This document shows, piece by piece, positions 7,699 through 15,161 of a stretch of DNA of 34,392 nt. The translations under genes were made by a program, and so were the position numbers. Below the pieces are notes generated by a model that was given only the letters and a program-made list of their open reading frames with translations, ran no database searches and was not told where the DNA came from. Origin of the DNA: a virus (taxonomy: Duplodnaviria; Caudoviricetes); IMG/VR virus record IMGVR_UViG_3300017651_000198, positions 1-34,392 of that record; one strand, written 5' to 3'. How positions within the stretch are numbered: the first letter of the stretch is position 1; every line of letters starts with the position of its first letter.

Positions 7699-7704
7699 GG
7701 GCGG

Positions 7705-7971
7705 ATGAATCACTCCTCCTCGAGTCGAGTAGAGCCGCCGCCAGGGGCGCAGATCCGCAAGATGCGACGCTTGCGGGGTTGGACGCAGGCCGAGCTAGCC
7801 GCCCGGGCAGGGATCACCCGGGCGACAGTGAACAGGTTCGAGCGCCACGGCCCGCGGTCCTGGGACGCGATGCGCCGGATCGCGGCCGCGCTTGAGCTGC
7901 CCGTCTCGGCGCTCACGGATCCACCGGCCGTGGCCGACGACGCTGCCGCGCCTCGCCCGACCGGGACCTGA
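7705..7971 (+). CDS. Cro-like XRE HTH protein
   Basis: GAQIRKMRRLRGWTQAELAARAGITRATVNRFE...RIAAALELPV. Confidence 0.85.
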   Translation: MNHSSSSRVEPPPGAQIRKMRRLRGWTQAELAARAGITRATVNRFERHGPRSWDAMRRIAAALELPVSALTDPPAVADDAAAPRPTGT

Positions 7972-7981
7972 CGTGCGGCGG

Positions 7982-8497
7982 CTACTCGTCCCCGTCCTGA
8001 TCCAGCAGGACGACGCCGAAGGATCCGGTGTCGCCCCTGCCCCGATCCCACCCGCCCGTGATTCTGGCCTGGCAGAACGCCGGGGCCGCGAGCTCGCGCA
8101 GCGTCGGGGCCAGGCGGCTGGCGAAAGCCTTGGGCAGATAGCCCACCAGCCGCCCGTCGATCTCGACGCGCACGGCGTTCCGGTCGTAGGGGTTGGTCGG
8201 CTCCAGGACGAGCTGCGCGACGTGGTCGGTCCGCTCCGGTCCGTCCGGCGTCTTGCCTCCCGAGACCGCCAGGAGCGCGGCCTGGTAGTGGGACTCGCCC
8301 ACGACCTCGATCGCCGTGTCGAAGCGGAGCATCCTGCCCTCGGCTTCCGGCTCCGACGTCGGCGCTGGGTTCGAGGCGCTCATCGCCGCTGCGTAGAAAT
8401 CCGTGTCAAAACTGCTCCGCTGGCTCTGGTCAGCTCTCACCAGGGACCAGATCACAGCGACGACAACGACAACTCCTCCGATCACCAGCATCTCCAT
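7982..8497 (-). CDS. Membrane-anchored HIRAN domain protein
   Basis: N-terminal TM (LVIGGVVVVVAVIWSLV); HIRAN motifs VVGESHYQ, LVLEPTNPYDRNAVRV, VGYLP. Confidence 0.82.
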   Translation of the reverse strand: MEMLVIGGVVVVVAVIWSLVRADQSQRSSFDTDFYAAAMSASNPAPTSEPEAEGRMLRFDTAIEVVGESHYQAALLAVSGGKTPDGPERTDHVAQLVLEPTNPYDRNAVRVEIDGRLVGYLPKAFASRLAPTLRELAAPAFCQARITGGWDRGRGDTGSFGVVLLDQDGDE

Positions 8498-8542
8498 CGG
8501 GCGTCCTTTCGCGCCGAAAGCATGGCGCAGTCGGTCCAGCGT

Positions 8543-9214
8543 CTACAGGTTGTTGTCGGAGGCAGAGACGATCGCGTAGACGATCACTCCCGCCAGGAGC
8601 GAGCCGGCGACGCCTCCGCCGATGGCGTGCCCGACTCGCTTGGACCTCACGGCGCTCGTGTAGCTGATCGCGTATTGGGCGGCGTCGCTCGGGCTCCAGG
8701 AGTCGGAGCGAACAGGTGGGAGGTAGACGTCGCTGTTGCCTGCGACGACCCCGCCGACCAGCCAGCCGACGGGCCCGAGGAGGAACCCGAGGGCGAATCC
8801 CCCACCGAAGTAGCTCCCCCCGGACGTGTCCCGGCCGGCGAGCTCCTTCGCGGCGACCACCGGATTCTGGAGGGTGACGTTGGCAAGCTGGTAGCGCGCG
8901 GGACGTGCCGCCGAGGGAGCGGTTGGACGCGGCTCCCATTTGAAATCCTCGACGCGGGACGCCGGCCTCGAGGTCTCCGGCGGGCTTGCCGGCATTGGCT
9001 TCTGGGCGCCGGCTGGATCGACGGACATCAGGCGCATCTGCTCGCCGGTCTGGCACCAGGTCTCGACGTCGCCGTTGGCGCCGAGCTTCTGGATGCAGTC
9101 GAGGCCTTCGATGCTGAGGGCTCGCGGGTAGCCCTCCTCGGCCGCCCACGCGATCGACGGGGCCAGCAGCACGCCGACCAAGGCCGCCGCGAGCGCCCTC
9201 TTCATTCGCTCCAT
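8543..9214 (-). CDS. Exported/membrane protein with signal peptide and Gly-zipper TM helices
   Basis: MKRALAAALVGVLLAPSIAWA signal peptide; GGGFALGFLLGPVGWLVGGVVAG and AIGGGVAGSLLAGVIVYAIV segments; GGAGG RBS. Confidence 0.75.
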   Translation of the reverse strand: MERMKRALAAALVGVLLAPSIAWAAEEGYPRALSIEGLDCIQKLGANGDVETWCQTGEQMRLMSVDPAGAQKPMPASPPETSRPASRVEDFKWEPRPTAPSAARPARYQLANVTLQNPVVAAKELAGRDTSGGSYFGGGFALGFLLGPVGWLVGGVVAGNSDVYLPPVRSDSWSPSDAAQYAISYTSAVRSKRVGHAIGGGVAGSLLAGVIVYAIVSASDNNL

Positions 9215-9321
9215 GTCGTCTCCTCCCGCGCCTCGTGGCGCGCCTTGGACCTAGCACCGCTTGTCAGAGACGCAAGAAACCGTCCGCATCTGTCAGCAGC
9301 AATTCCACAGGGAGGTGGAAA

Positions 9322-9831
9322 GTGAACCCTTCGGCAACCGAACGAATTCAGACTTCGGATGACCTATGCACGCCGGCGGTTGTCCTCGAGGCTTTGAAGC
9401 CCCTGGGGCCGATTGCCTTGGACCCGTGCTCCAACCCCTGGTCCATCGTGCCGGCGCTGCACAAGCTCGACGGCTCCTCGCCGGAGCTGGATGGCCTGGG
9501 GGTGAGCTGGTGGGAACTCGCCGGGCGGGGCTTGGTCTACGTGAACCCGAGCTACGGTCGCGGGTTCATGGTGCCGTGGTCGGAAAAGGTCGTGCGGGAG
9601 GCGCGCGCCGGCTGCGAAATTGTCGCGCTGGTCAAGGGGGACCACTCCACCGAGTGGTGGGATCACCTTCGGTCGGGGGCGGCCGCGATCGCCTACTGGC
9701 ACGGACGGATCGGCTTCCTCGGTGGCGCGAGCGGGTGCGGCAGGTTCCCGAGCTCGCTCGTCTACTTCGGCGCGCGCCCGCACCTCTTCGCGCACGCCCT
9801 CGAGGTGTACGCTGACGTGAGGGTCCTGTGA
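9322..9831 (+). CDS. Phage Dam-type DNA N6-adenine methyltransferase
   Basis: SDDLCTP..V, LDPC, DGL..W, VYVNPSYG (NPPY-like motif IV), T.WW, GRIGF, FPS.LVYF; GGAGG RBS. Confidence 0.85.
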   Translation: MNPSATERIQTSDDLCTPAVVLEALKPLGPIALDPCSNPWSIVPALHKLDGSSPELDGLGVSWWELAGRGLVYVNPSYGRGFMVPWSEKVVREARAGCEIVALVKGDHSTEWWDHLRSGAAAIAYWHGRIGFLGGASGCGRFPSSLVYFGARPHLFAHALEVYADVRVL

Positions 9832-10715
9832 CCCGTCGGCGGAGATGTGAAGCCTGCGGAGGGCGGGTGCCGACCTGGCGGGCCGAGGCCGGCACCTGCT
9901 CGATCCACTGCACGGCTCGGGTGGCAATGCGCGGCACGCTCGACAGCGCGCCCCCAAAGCGGCCGAGGAAGCGACGGAAGGCCTCGCCGGCGAGGCCTCG
10001 AGGCGCGGCGCCAGCCCCGATTCCGTGCGATGAAAACCTCGCCGGCGGAGGGCCCGAGCACGCACTGTGCGGCGAGATTGCACCGCCCATCCTCGAGGAT
10101 TCGACGCTCGAGGCTGCGGCCGAGCTCGAAGTACTCGAGGAAGCCAGAGAAGACGAGGACGCCGTTGACCAGGCGCCGGCGGATCCCGGGCTCGCCGCCC
10201 CCACCCTCGAGCCGCCCGCCGAGGAGACGGCGCCGACGCCTGCGCCGAAGCCCACCCGCACCTGCGAAGTCTGCGGCGGCCTCTACCAGTCGAGCCAGCC
10301 GAACCGGCGCTCGTGCGGTGAGGCCTGCGCCCGGGAGCTGAACCGCCTCAAGACGCGGGAGCTACGGCGGAAGATTCGAGCCGGGGAGTTCGTGCCGATG
10401 GGGCGACCGCGGCGGAAGCCGCCGGTGGAGCTGGAGCGGAGCCAGGTGGCCGGCGCTCCGTTCCCCGTCTCGGCGCCTCGGTCCGACACCCCGGACCGCG
10501 AGCTCTACTGTGCCCACTACGACGACTGCCTCGACGTGGCCGTGAAGCTCGACTGGGAGGGCTGGAGCTGCAGCGACTGCCCGATCCGCGGGTCGTGCAA
10601 CGTCGCGCCGGAGCCACCGCGCGGCGCCTCCGTGGCGCTGATGGCGATTGATGCGGCGGACCAGGCGCCGGCGACAAGGGGCCGCAAGGCGGCAGCAGGA
10701 AGGCGGGAGGTGTAG
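9828..10715 (+). CDS. Multi-zinc-finger hypothetical protein
   Basis: Three Cys clusters (CEAC..CSIHC; CEVC..CGEAC; CAHYDDC..CSDC) separated by Pro/acidic linkers. Confidence 0.65.
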   Translation: MTRRRRCEACGGRVPTWRAEAGTCSIHCTARVAMRGTLDSAPPKRPRKRRKASPARPRGAAPAPIPCDENLAGGGPEHALCGEIAPPILEDSTLEAAAELEVLEEAREDEDAVDQAPADPGLAAPTLEPPAEETAPTPAPKPTRTCEVCGGLYQSSQPNRRSCGEACARELNRLKTRELRRKIRAGEFVPMGRPRRKPPVELERSQVAGAPFPVSAPRSDTPDRELYCAHYDDCLDVAVKLDWEGWSCSDCPIRGSCNVAPEPPRGASVALMAIDAADQAPATRGRKAAAGRREV

Positions 10716-10717
10716 GG

Positions 10718-11680
10718 ATGGCACGGATTCGCAGCATCAAGCCCGAGTTCTTTTTGCACGAGGACCTCGCGGAACTATCGCCGGCGCACAGGCTCCTCTT
10801 CATCGGTCTCTGGACGCTGGCCGATCGGGAGGGGCGCCTCGAGGACCGACCGAAGCGCATCAAGGCGGCGCTCTTCCCGTGGGACGACTGCGACGTCGAC
10901 GCCATGCTGGGGGAGCTGGCCGAGGGCGGATTCGTCGTCCGGTACGAGGCGCAGGGCGTCCGCGGCGTGGCCATCCCGGCCTTCACAAAGCACCAGAAGC
11001 CCCACGTCCGAGAGGCCTCGAGCGAGATCCCGCCGCCGCCTGGACACCACCCGGATGCATCCCGGCGCGCTACACACCAAGGCGATGCCGAGCACCAGGC
11101 GAAGCACGAACTCGCCACAGCCAAGGAGGCACCCGAGCACAACCTAGGTAATGCCTCGGCACCGCCAAGGTCCGACCGAGCCACAGCCAAGGCGACGCCG
11201 AGCCGGGCGGTTAATGGATCGGGGAATGGAGAATGGATCGGGGAAGGGGAGTCTGAGGGGGGGGACGCTGCCGCTTCCCCCTCGCCCCCTCGCTCTCCCG
11301 GTCGCAGGGCGAAGCGGGGGAAACCGAAGCGCGCGGCGTCGGACATCGGGGCCCGAGTCCTCGCCCGGATGAACGAACTCGCCGGGAAGGATTTCCGGTA
11401 CTCGCCCCAGCTCGAAGCGCGCATCGCCGAGGGAGTGGGCGAGGCCGACCTGCTGCTCGTCGTCGAGACGCAGTGGCGCCGGCCGTACATGCGGCAGAAC
11501 CGCGAGTACTTCAGGCCGAAGACGCTGTTTGGCCCCGAGAATTTCGAGGAATACCGCGGCGCAGCGGGGGGCTCTGGCTCGCCGTCGACCGCCGGCCCGC
11601 CGCATCGGCCGCCCGAGGAGGACGGGTACCGGTACGTGTTCGACGATGACGAGCCTGCCGAGGAGTTCGCCCAGCCATGA
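10718..11680 (+). CDS. Phage replication initiation protein (O-like)
   Basis: MARIRSIKPEFF...LLFIGLWTLADREGR N-terminus; C-terminal YFRPKTLFGPENFEEY; upstream of DnaB; internal iterons. Confidence 0.85.
   Translation: MARIRSIKPEFFLHEDLAELSPAHRLLFIGLWTLADREGRLEDRPKRIKAALFPWDDCDVDAMLGELAEGGFVVRYEAQGVRGVAIPAFTKHQKPHVREASSEIPPPPGHHPDASRRATHQGDAEHQAKHELATAKEAPEHNLGNASAPPRSDRATAKATPSRAVNGSGNGEWIGEGESEGGDAAASPSPPRSPGRRAKRGKPKRAASDIGARVLARMNELAGKDFRYSPQLEARIAEGVGEADLLLVVETQWRRPYMRQNREYFRPKTLFGPENFEEYRGAAGGSGSPSTAGPPHRPPEEDGYRYVFDDDEPAEEFAQP
11072..11245 (+). repeat. Phage replication origin: 22-bp iterons plus purine-rich GATC repeats
   Basis: CC(A/T)AGG cores at 11077, 11121, 11143, 11165, 11187 (multiples of 22); consensus CACAGCCAAGG-N5-CCGAGC; AATGGATCGGGGAA at 11213 and 11232. 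Confidence 0.75.
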
Positions 11681-13080
11681 GCCGGATCGCCATGCACGAC
11701 ACCGAGTCCGAGCGGGCGCTCCTGGGGGCGCTGCTCATCGATCCGCGGCGCCTGGCCGAGGTCGAGCACCTCGGCGCCGAGGATTTCTACGCGCCGCCCC
11801 ACCAGGCGATTTGGACGGCGATGCAGGCCTTGGCCGGGCAGCTCTTCGACACCGTCGCCGTCCGGGCGCAGCTCGGGGTGCGCGGGATGCTCACGGACCA
11901 GGTGGGCGCGGCGCTCCTCGAGGCCGAGGAGTCGGCGCTGTCGGCGGCAGGCCTGCAGGTCTACGCGAAGGCGATCCTGGACCGCTCGCTCCGGCGCCGG
12001 CTGGCCACGGCGGGCGAGAGGATCCAGCGCCTGGCCATGCAGCCTGCCGACTCGGCTGCCGAGCTCCTCGACGCGGCGGAGCGCGAGATCTTCGCCCTCG
12101 CAGAGGGTGCGGTCCGAGGTTCGAAGCGGGATCCGGTCGCCTCGCGCACCGTCGTCCGCGAGGCGGTGGCCCGGGTGGATCAGCTCCGCAAGGCCGGTGG
12201 GATGCCGGGCCTGACGTTCGGTCTGGAGACCTTGGACCGGAAGACCTCGGGGCTGAACTCCGGGGAGCTATGGGTTCTCGCCGCGCGGCCCGGGGTCGGC
12301 AAGAGCGCACTCGCCCTCAACGTGGCGCTGGCGGCCGCGAAGAGCGGCAAGGCGTCGAGCCTGATCCACTCGCTCGAGATGCAGCGGGTAGAGCTCGGCT
12401 TGCGTGCAATCTGCGGGGAAGCCCAGGTCCCGCTCGAGAGGATCCGAAGCGGGCGGCTGTCGAACTTCGACATGGACCAGTTCACCCGCGGCGCGGCTGC
12501 GGTGCACAACCTACCGATCTGGTGGGACGACGACGCCAGCGTGACGATCCTGGACCTGCGGGCGAAGGCGCGGCGGATCAAGCAGCTCGATCCGAAGCTC
12601 GGGCTGATCGTGGTGGACTACATCCAGCTCGCGAGGCCCACCGGCAAGGCGACCCAGCGCCACCTCGAGGTCGCCGAGGTCACCCGGGGACTGAAGGAGC
12701 TCGCGAAGGAGCTGGGCGTGGCCATCCTCGCCCTGTCGCAGCTCTCCCGGGACGTCGAGAAGGCGAATCGCCGCCCCAAGCCGAGCGACCTGCGCGAGTC
12801 CGGCAGCATCGAGGCCGACGCGGACGCGATCGTCTTCATCCACCGCGACGACGACTCGCCGCCCCAGGGCCCAGGAGGCGCGCTGGGCTGCGAACTCATC
12901 ATCGCGAAGCAGCGCAACGGCGACCGCGGCGTCGTGATTCCGGTCACCTATCAGGCGAAGTGGACGACGTTCGAGGACGGGCAGTCGGGTCTGGCATCGG
13001 TGGAGGTGCCGACGCCGGCGGACCCCGAGCAGACCAGGCGGACCTTCCAAGAGCGCTACACGAAGGGGCGGCGAAGATGA
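11677..13080 (+). CDS. dnaB: Replicative DNA helicase DnaB (phage-encoded)
   Basis: ERALLGALL, Walker A AARPGVGKS, SLEM, IVVDYIQL, LSQLSR, DLRESGSIEADAD, IAKQRNG. Confidence 0.96.
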   Translation: MSRIAMHDTESERALLGALLIDPRRLAEVEHLGAEDFYAPPHQAIWTAMQALAGQLFDTVAVRAQLGVRGMLTDQVGAALLEAEESALSAAGLQVYAKAILDRSLRRRLATAGERIQRLAMQPADSAAELLDAAEREIFALAEGAVRGSKRDPVASRTVVREAVARVDQLRKAGGMPGLTFGLETLDRKTSGLNSGELWVLAARPGVGKSALALNVALAAAKSGKASSLIHSLEMQRVELGLRAICGEAQVPLERIRSGRLSNFDMDQFTRGAAAVHNLPIWWDDDASVTILDLRAKARRIKQLDPKLGLIVVDYIQLARPTGKATQRHLEVAEVTRGLKELAKELGVAILALSQLSRDVEKANRRPKPSDLRESGSIEADADAIVFIHRDDDSPPQGPGGALGCELIIAKQRNGDRGVVIPVTYQAKWTTFEDGQSGLASVEVPTPADPEQTRRTFQERYTKGRRR

Positions 13081-13799
13081 GCGGCGGCTTCATCGCGTCG
13101 GACCCCACCCTCGGGCTCGCGATCGTGACCTTCCGAGACGAGCTCAGCACGGGGCAGTTGGGCTCGGACGGCTACCCTCGGCGCGGCAGGTCGGGCGAGC
13201 AGCAGGCCGCGGCGTTCTGGCTCGAGCTGCGCGGGGGGCCTCGAGGGCGCTCCCTCTCTGACCTCGAGCCGCGGATCGGGAGGTCGCTTTCGACCATCGA
13301 CGTTGCCGGCAGCGTGGAGGCCATCGGCAGGTGCCTCGAGGTCGTGCCGGCGAGCTGGCGCGCGGTGACCGTCGTCGCCGCCGGGTGGCGCGTAGGCGTG
13401 GAGCAGCTCCGCTCGTCGGCGCCGTCGGACGGCGGCCCGGCATGGCTCGAGCGCGCTGGGCTCCCGTCCGAGCTGCCGATCGGCCTCAGCCGGCACGCCT
13501 TGAACGTGCGGACCCGCGGCTTCCGCGAGGCCCTCATCCAGCGGCGGATCATCATCGGCGCCGATCGGGAGCCGACCGCGATCGAGCCGACGGCAGCGCG
13601 ATGGGAGGACGACGAAATGGCTGAACCGTGGATCTTCGGATGGAAGGGGATCGCCGCGCACCTCGACGTGAGCGAGGACACCGCGCGGCGCTGGGCGCGA
13701 GACGCGGGGCTCCCGATCTACCAGCCAACCGCCGGCGGCCGAGTACGCGCCCGGGCGAGCGAGCTCGACGCTTGGCTTGGCGTCCGCGCGGCGGGGTGA
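13077..13799 (+). CDS. Putative late-gene regulator with C-terminal Xis/MerR-like HTH
   Basis: ATGA-coupled to dnaB; C-terminal GWKGIAAHLDVSEDTARRWARDAGLPI...VRARASELDAWL; sits at the lambda-Q position. Confidence 0.65.
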   Translation: MSGGFIASDPTLGLAIVTFRDELSTGQLGSDGYPRRGRSGEQQAAAFWLELRGGPRGRSLSDLEPRIGRSLSTIDVAGSVEAIGRCLEVVPASWRAVTVVAAGWRVGVEQLRSSAPSDGGPAWLERAGLPSELPIGLSRHALNVRTRGFREALIQRRIIIGADREPTAIEPTAARWEDDEMAEPWIFGWKGIAAHLDVSEDTARRWARDAGLPIYQPTAGGRVRARASELDAWLGVRAAG

Positions 13800-13808
13800 T
13801 CCTCGTCC

Positions 13809-13893
13809 GTGCGGGTCGGTGCGGCTTCTTGCGGGTCGGTGCGGGTCTTTGCTGGTGGATGTCGACGTCGCCCCCTGCTCTACTGGCTACGCT
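13809..13893 (+). promoter_or_regulatory. Putative late promoter with five 10-bp phased direct repeats
   Basis: TGCGG at 13810, 13820, 13830, 13840 and TGCTG at 13850; TACGCT -10-like hexamer at 13888-13893. Confidence 0.55.
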
Positions 13894-13910
13894 CACTCGA
13901 GCACCTCCCA

Positions 13911-13958
13911 GACGGCCCGACTGGCGACTCCCCCTCGCCGGTCGGGCCGTCGCCTTTT
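13911..13958 (+). terminator. 17-bp hairpin with T tract in the late leader (tR'-like)
   Basis: GACGGCCCGACTGGCGA / CTCCCCC / TCGCCGGTCGGGCCGTC, then GCCTTTT. Confidence 0.6.
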
Positions 13959-13969
13959 CGGAGCGGCAG

Positions 13970-14158
13970 ATGCAGAGCGTCGAGATCCCGGCCTGGGCCT
14001 GGGGGCTGCTCACTATGCTGATGGCGGGCGGGCTCACGATGGTGGGCACCATCCTGCGGGCGTACACGCAGGGCGTGGACGACCGACTCAAGGGCCACGA
14101 CAAGCGCCTCGCGAAGCACGACGTGGAGATCGCCACGTTGCGCGCGGAGCGGCGCTGA
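13970..14158 (+). CDS. Small membrane protein, holin-like candidate
   Basis: N-terminal TM (WAWGLLTMLMAGGLTMVGTIL) plus charged coiled-coil tail; GGAG RBS. Confidence 0.55.
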   Translation: MQSVEIPAWAWGLLTMLMAGGLTMVGTILRAYTQGVDDRLKGHDKRLAKHDVEIATLRAERR

Positions 14159-14165
14159 CGTGCCC

Positions 14166-14534
14166 ATGCGGCCCGCTCGCCCATGCTCGCAGCCCGGGTG
14201 CCCGGCGTTGGTCCGCGACGGGTCCCGCTGCGAAGTGCATCAGCGGCCGCGGAACTTCGAGGCCGAGCGCGCGTACGACAAGACCCGCGGGAGCGCGCGA
14301 GCTCGCGGCTACGACAGCGACTGGCGGAGGCTCCGGGACCGGGTCCTCGCGCTGAACCCGCTCTGCCGGATGTGCGAAGAACGAGGCGAGACGACGCTCG
14401 CGACGATGGTCGACCACATCGTGCCGTTGAACCAGGGCGGCGCGCGCCTTGACGAGACGAATCTCCAGCCGCTCTGCGCCGCCGACCATGCTCTGAAGAC
14501 CGGCCGGGATGGGAGCAGGCGCCGTCGACGATGA
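14166..14534 (+). CDS. HNH endonuclease (terminase-associated, HK97 gp74-like)
   Basis: RPC..PGC...RCEVH; RGYDSDWRRLR..VL..NPLC.MC; VDHIVP..QGG...NLQPLC..DH..KT. Confidence 0.92.
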   Translation: MRPARPCSQPGCPALVRDGSRCEVHQRPRNFEAERAYDKTRGSARARGYDSDWRRLRDRVLALNPLCRMCEERGETTLATMVDHIVPLNQGGARLDETNLQPLCAADHALKTGRDGSRRRRR

Positions 14535-14711
14535 TCGGGGCTCCTGGGCCCCCCTAGGGCGCCCCGGCTGGAGGGGTCCGGCCGGCGGGCCCCCCCCCAG
14601 CCGGGGGGGGGGCCGATCCCTGGCCTGTGGATAACTTGAACCGACCGCCCCAGGCGCGCGCGCGCGTCGCCAGAAATCACAAGTTTTTCAGGGGGCGAGG
14701 AGTAACCGACA
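14535..14711. other. Probable cos/packaging initiation region
   Basis: Non-coding gap between HNH and TerS containing a C9/G10 inverted repeat, a GC alternation and an AT-rich patch; typical position for cos in HNH-TerS-TerL phages. Confidence 0.55.
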
Positions 14712-15161
14712 GTGAGAGGCCGCCCGCCCAAGCCGACGGCGCTCAAGCTCATCCAGGGAACGGCGCGACCGGACCGCCTCAACAAGCGCGAGCCCAAGCC
14801 GAAGCTCGGCGCCCCGTCGTGCCCGAGTCACCTGGATCAGGCGGCAAGGAACGAGTGGCGCCGGGTGGTCCCCGAACTGGTGAAGCTCGGGGTGATCTCC
14901 CGCATCGACGCGGCAACCCTCGCCGCCTACTGCCAGAACTACAGCCGTTGGGTGGCTGCCGAGCTGGAGCTCGAGAAGCACGGGGGCCTGACCTACGTCG
15001 GGGAGAAAGGGATGATCCGGAAGCACCCCGCCGTCGGCATCGCGCATGACGCGATGGCCGCGATGAAGGCCTTCGCCGCCGAGTACGGACTCACGCCGGC
15101 GAGCCGCGCGAGAGTGCATGGCTCCAAGGAAGACGAAGCGGAAGACGACCTCCTCGATTGA
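14712..15161 (+). CDS. terS: Terminase small subunit, P27 family
   Basis: RGRPPKPTALKLIQG...A..EW.RV..EL...D.ATLAAYC...HPAV...EYGLTPASRAR. Confidence 0.93.
   Translation: MRGRPPKPTALKLIQGTARPDRLNKREPKPKLGAPSCPSHLDQAARNEWRRVVPELVKLGVISRIDAATLAAYCQNYSRWVAAELELEKHGGLTYVGEKGMIRKHPAVGIAHDAMAAMKAFAAEYGLTPASRARVHGSKEDEAEDDLLD

Noticed and set aside
9215-9321. Promoter for the HIRAN cassette (TTGCGT-N16-TAGGTC on the minus strand; TGTCAG repeated at 9262 and 9291)
   Set aside because: The match is too weak to call without TSS data.
11529-13076. 5' part of the 756-aa ORF 11529-13799
   Set aside because: Arg/Gly/Pro-rich shadow frame over dnaB; the plausible gene starts at ATG 13077, coupled to the dnaB stop.
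13809-13858. Possible CRISPR or mini-array
   Set aside because: Units are 10-bp tandem repeats without spacers and there are no cas genes; treated as protein-binding sites instead.
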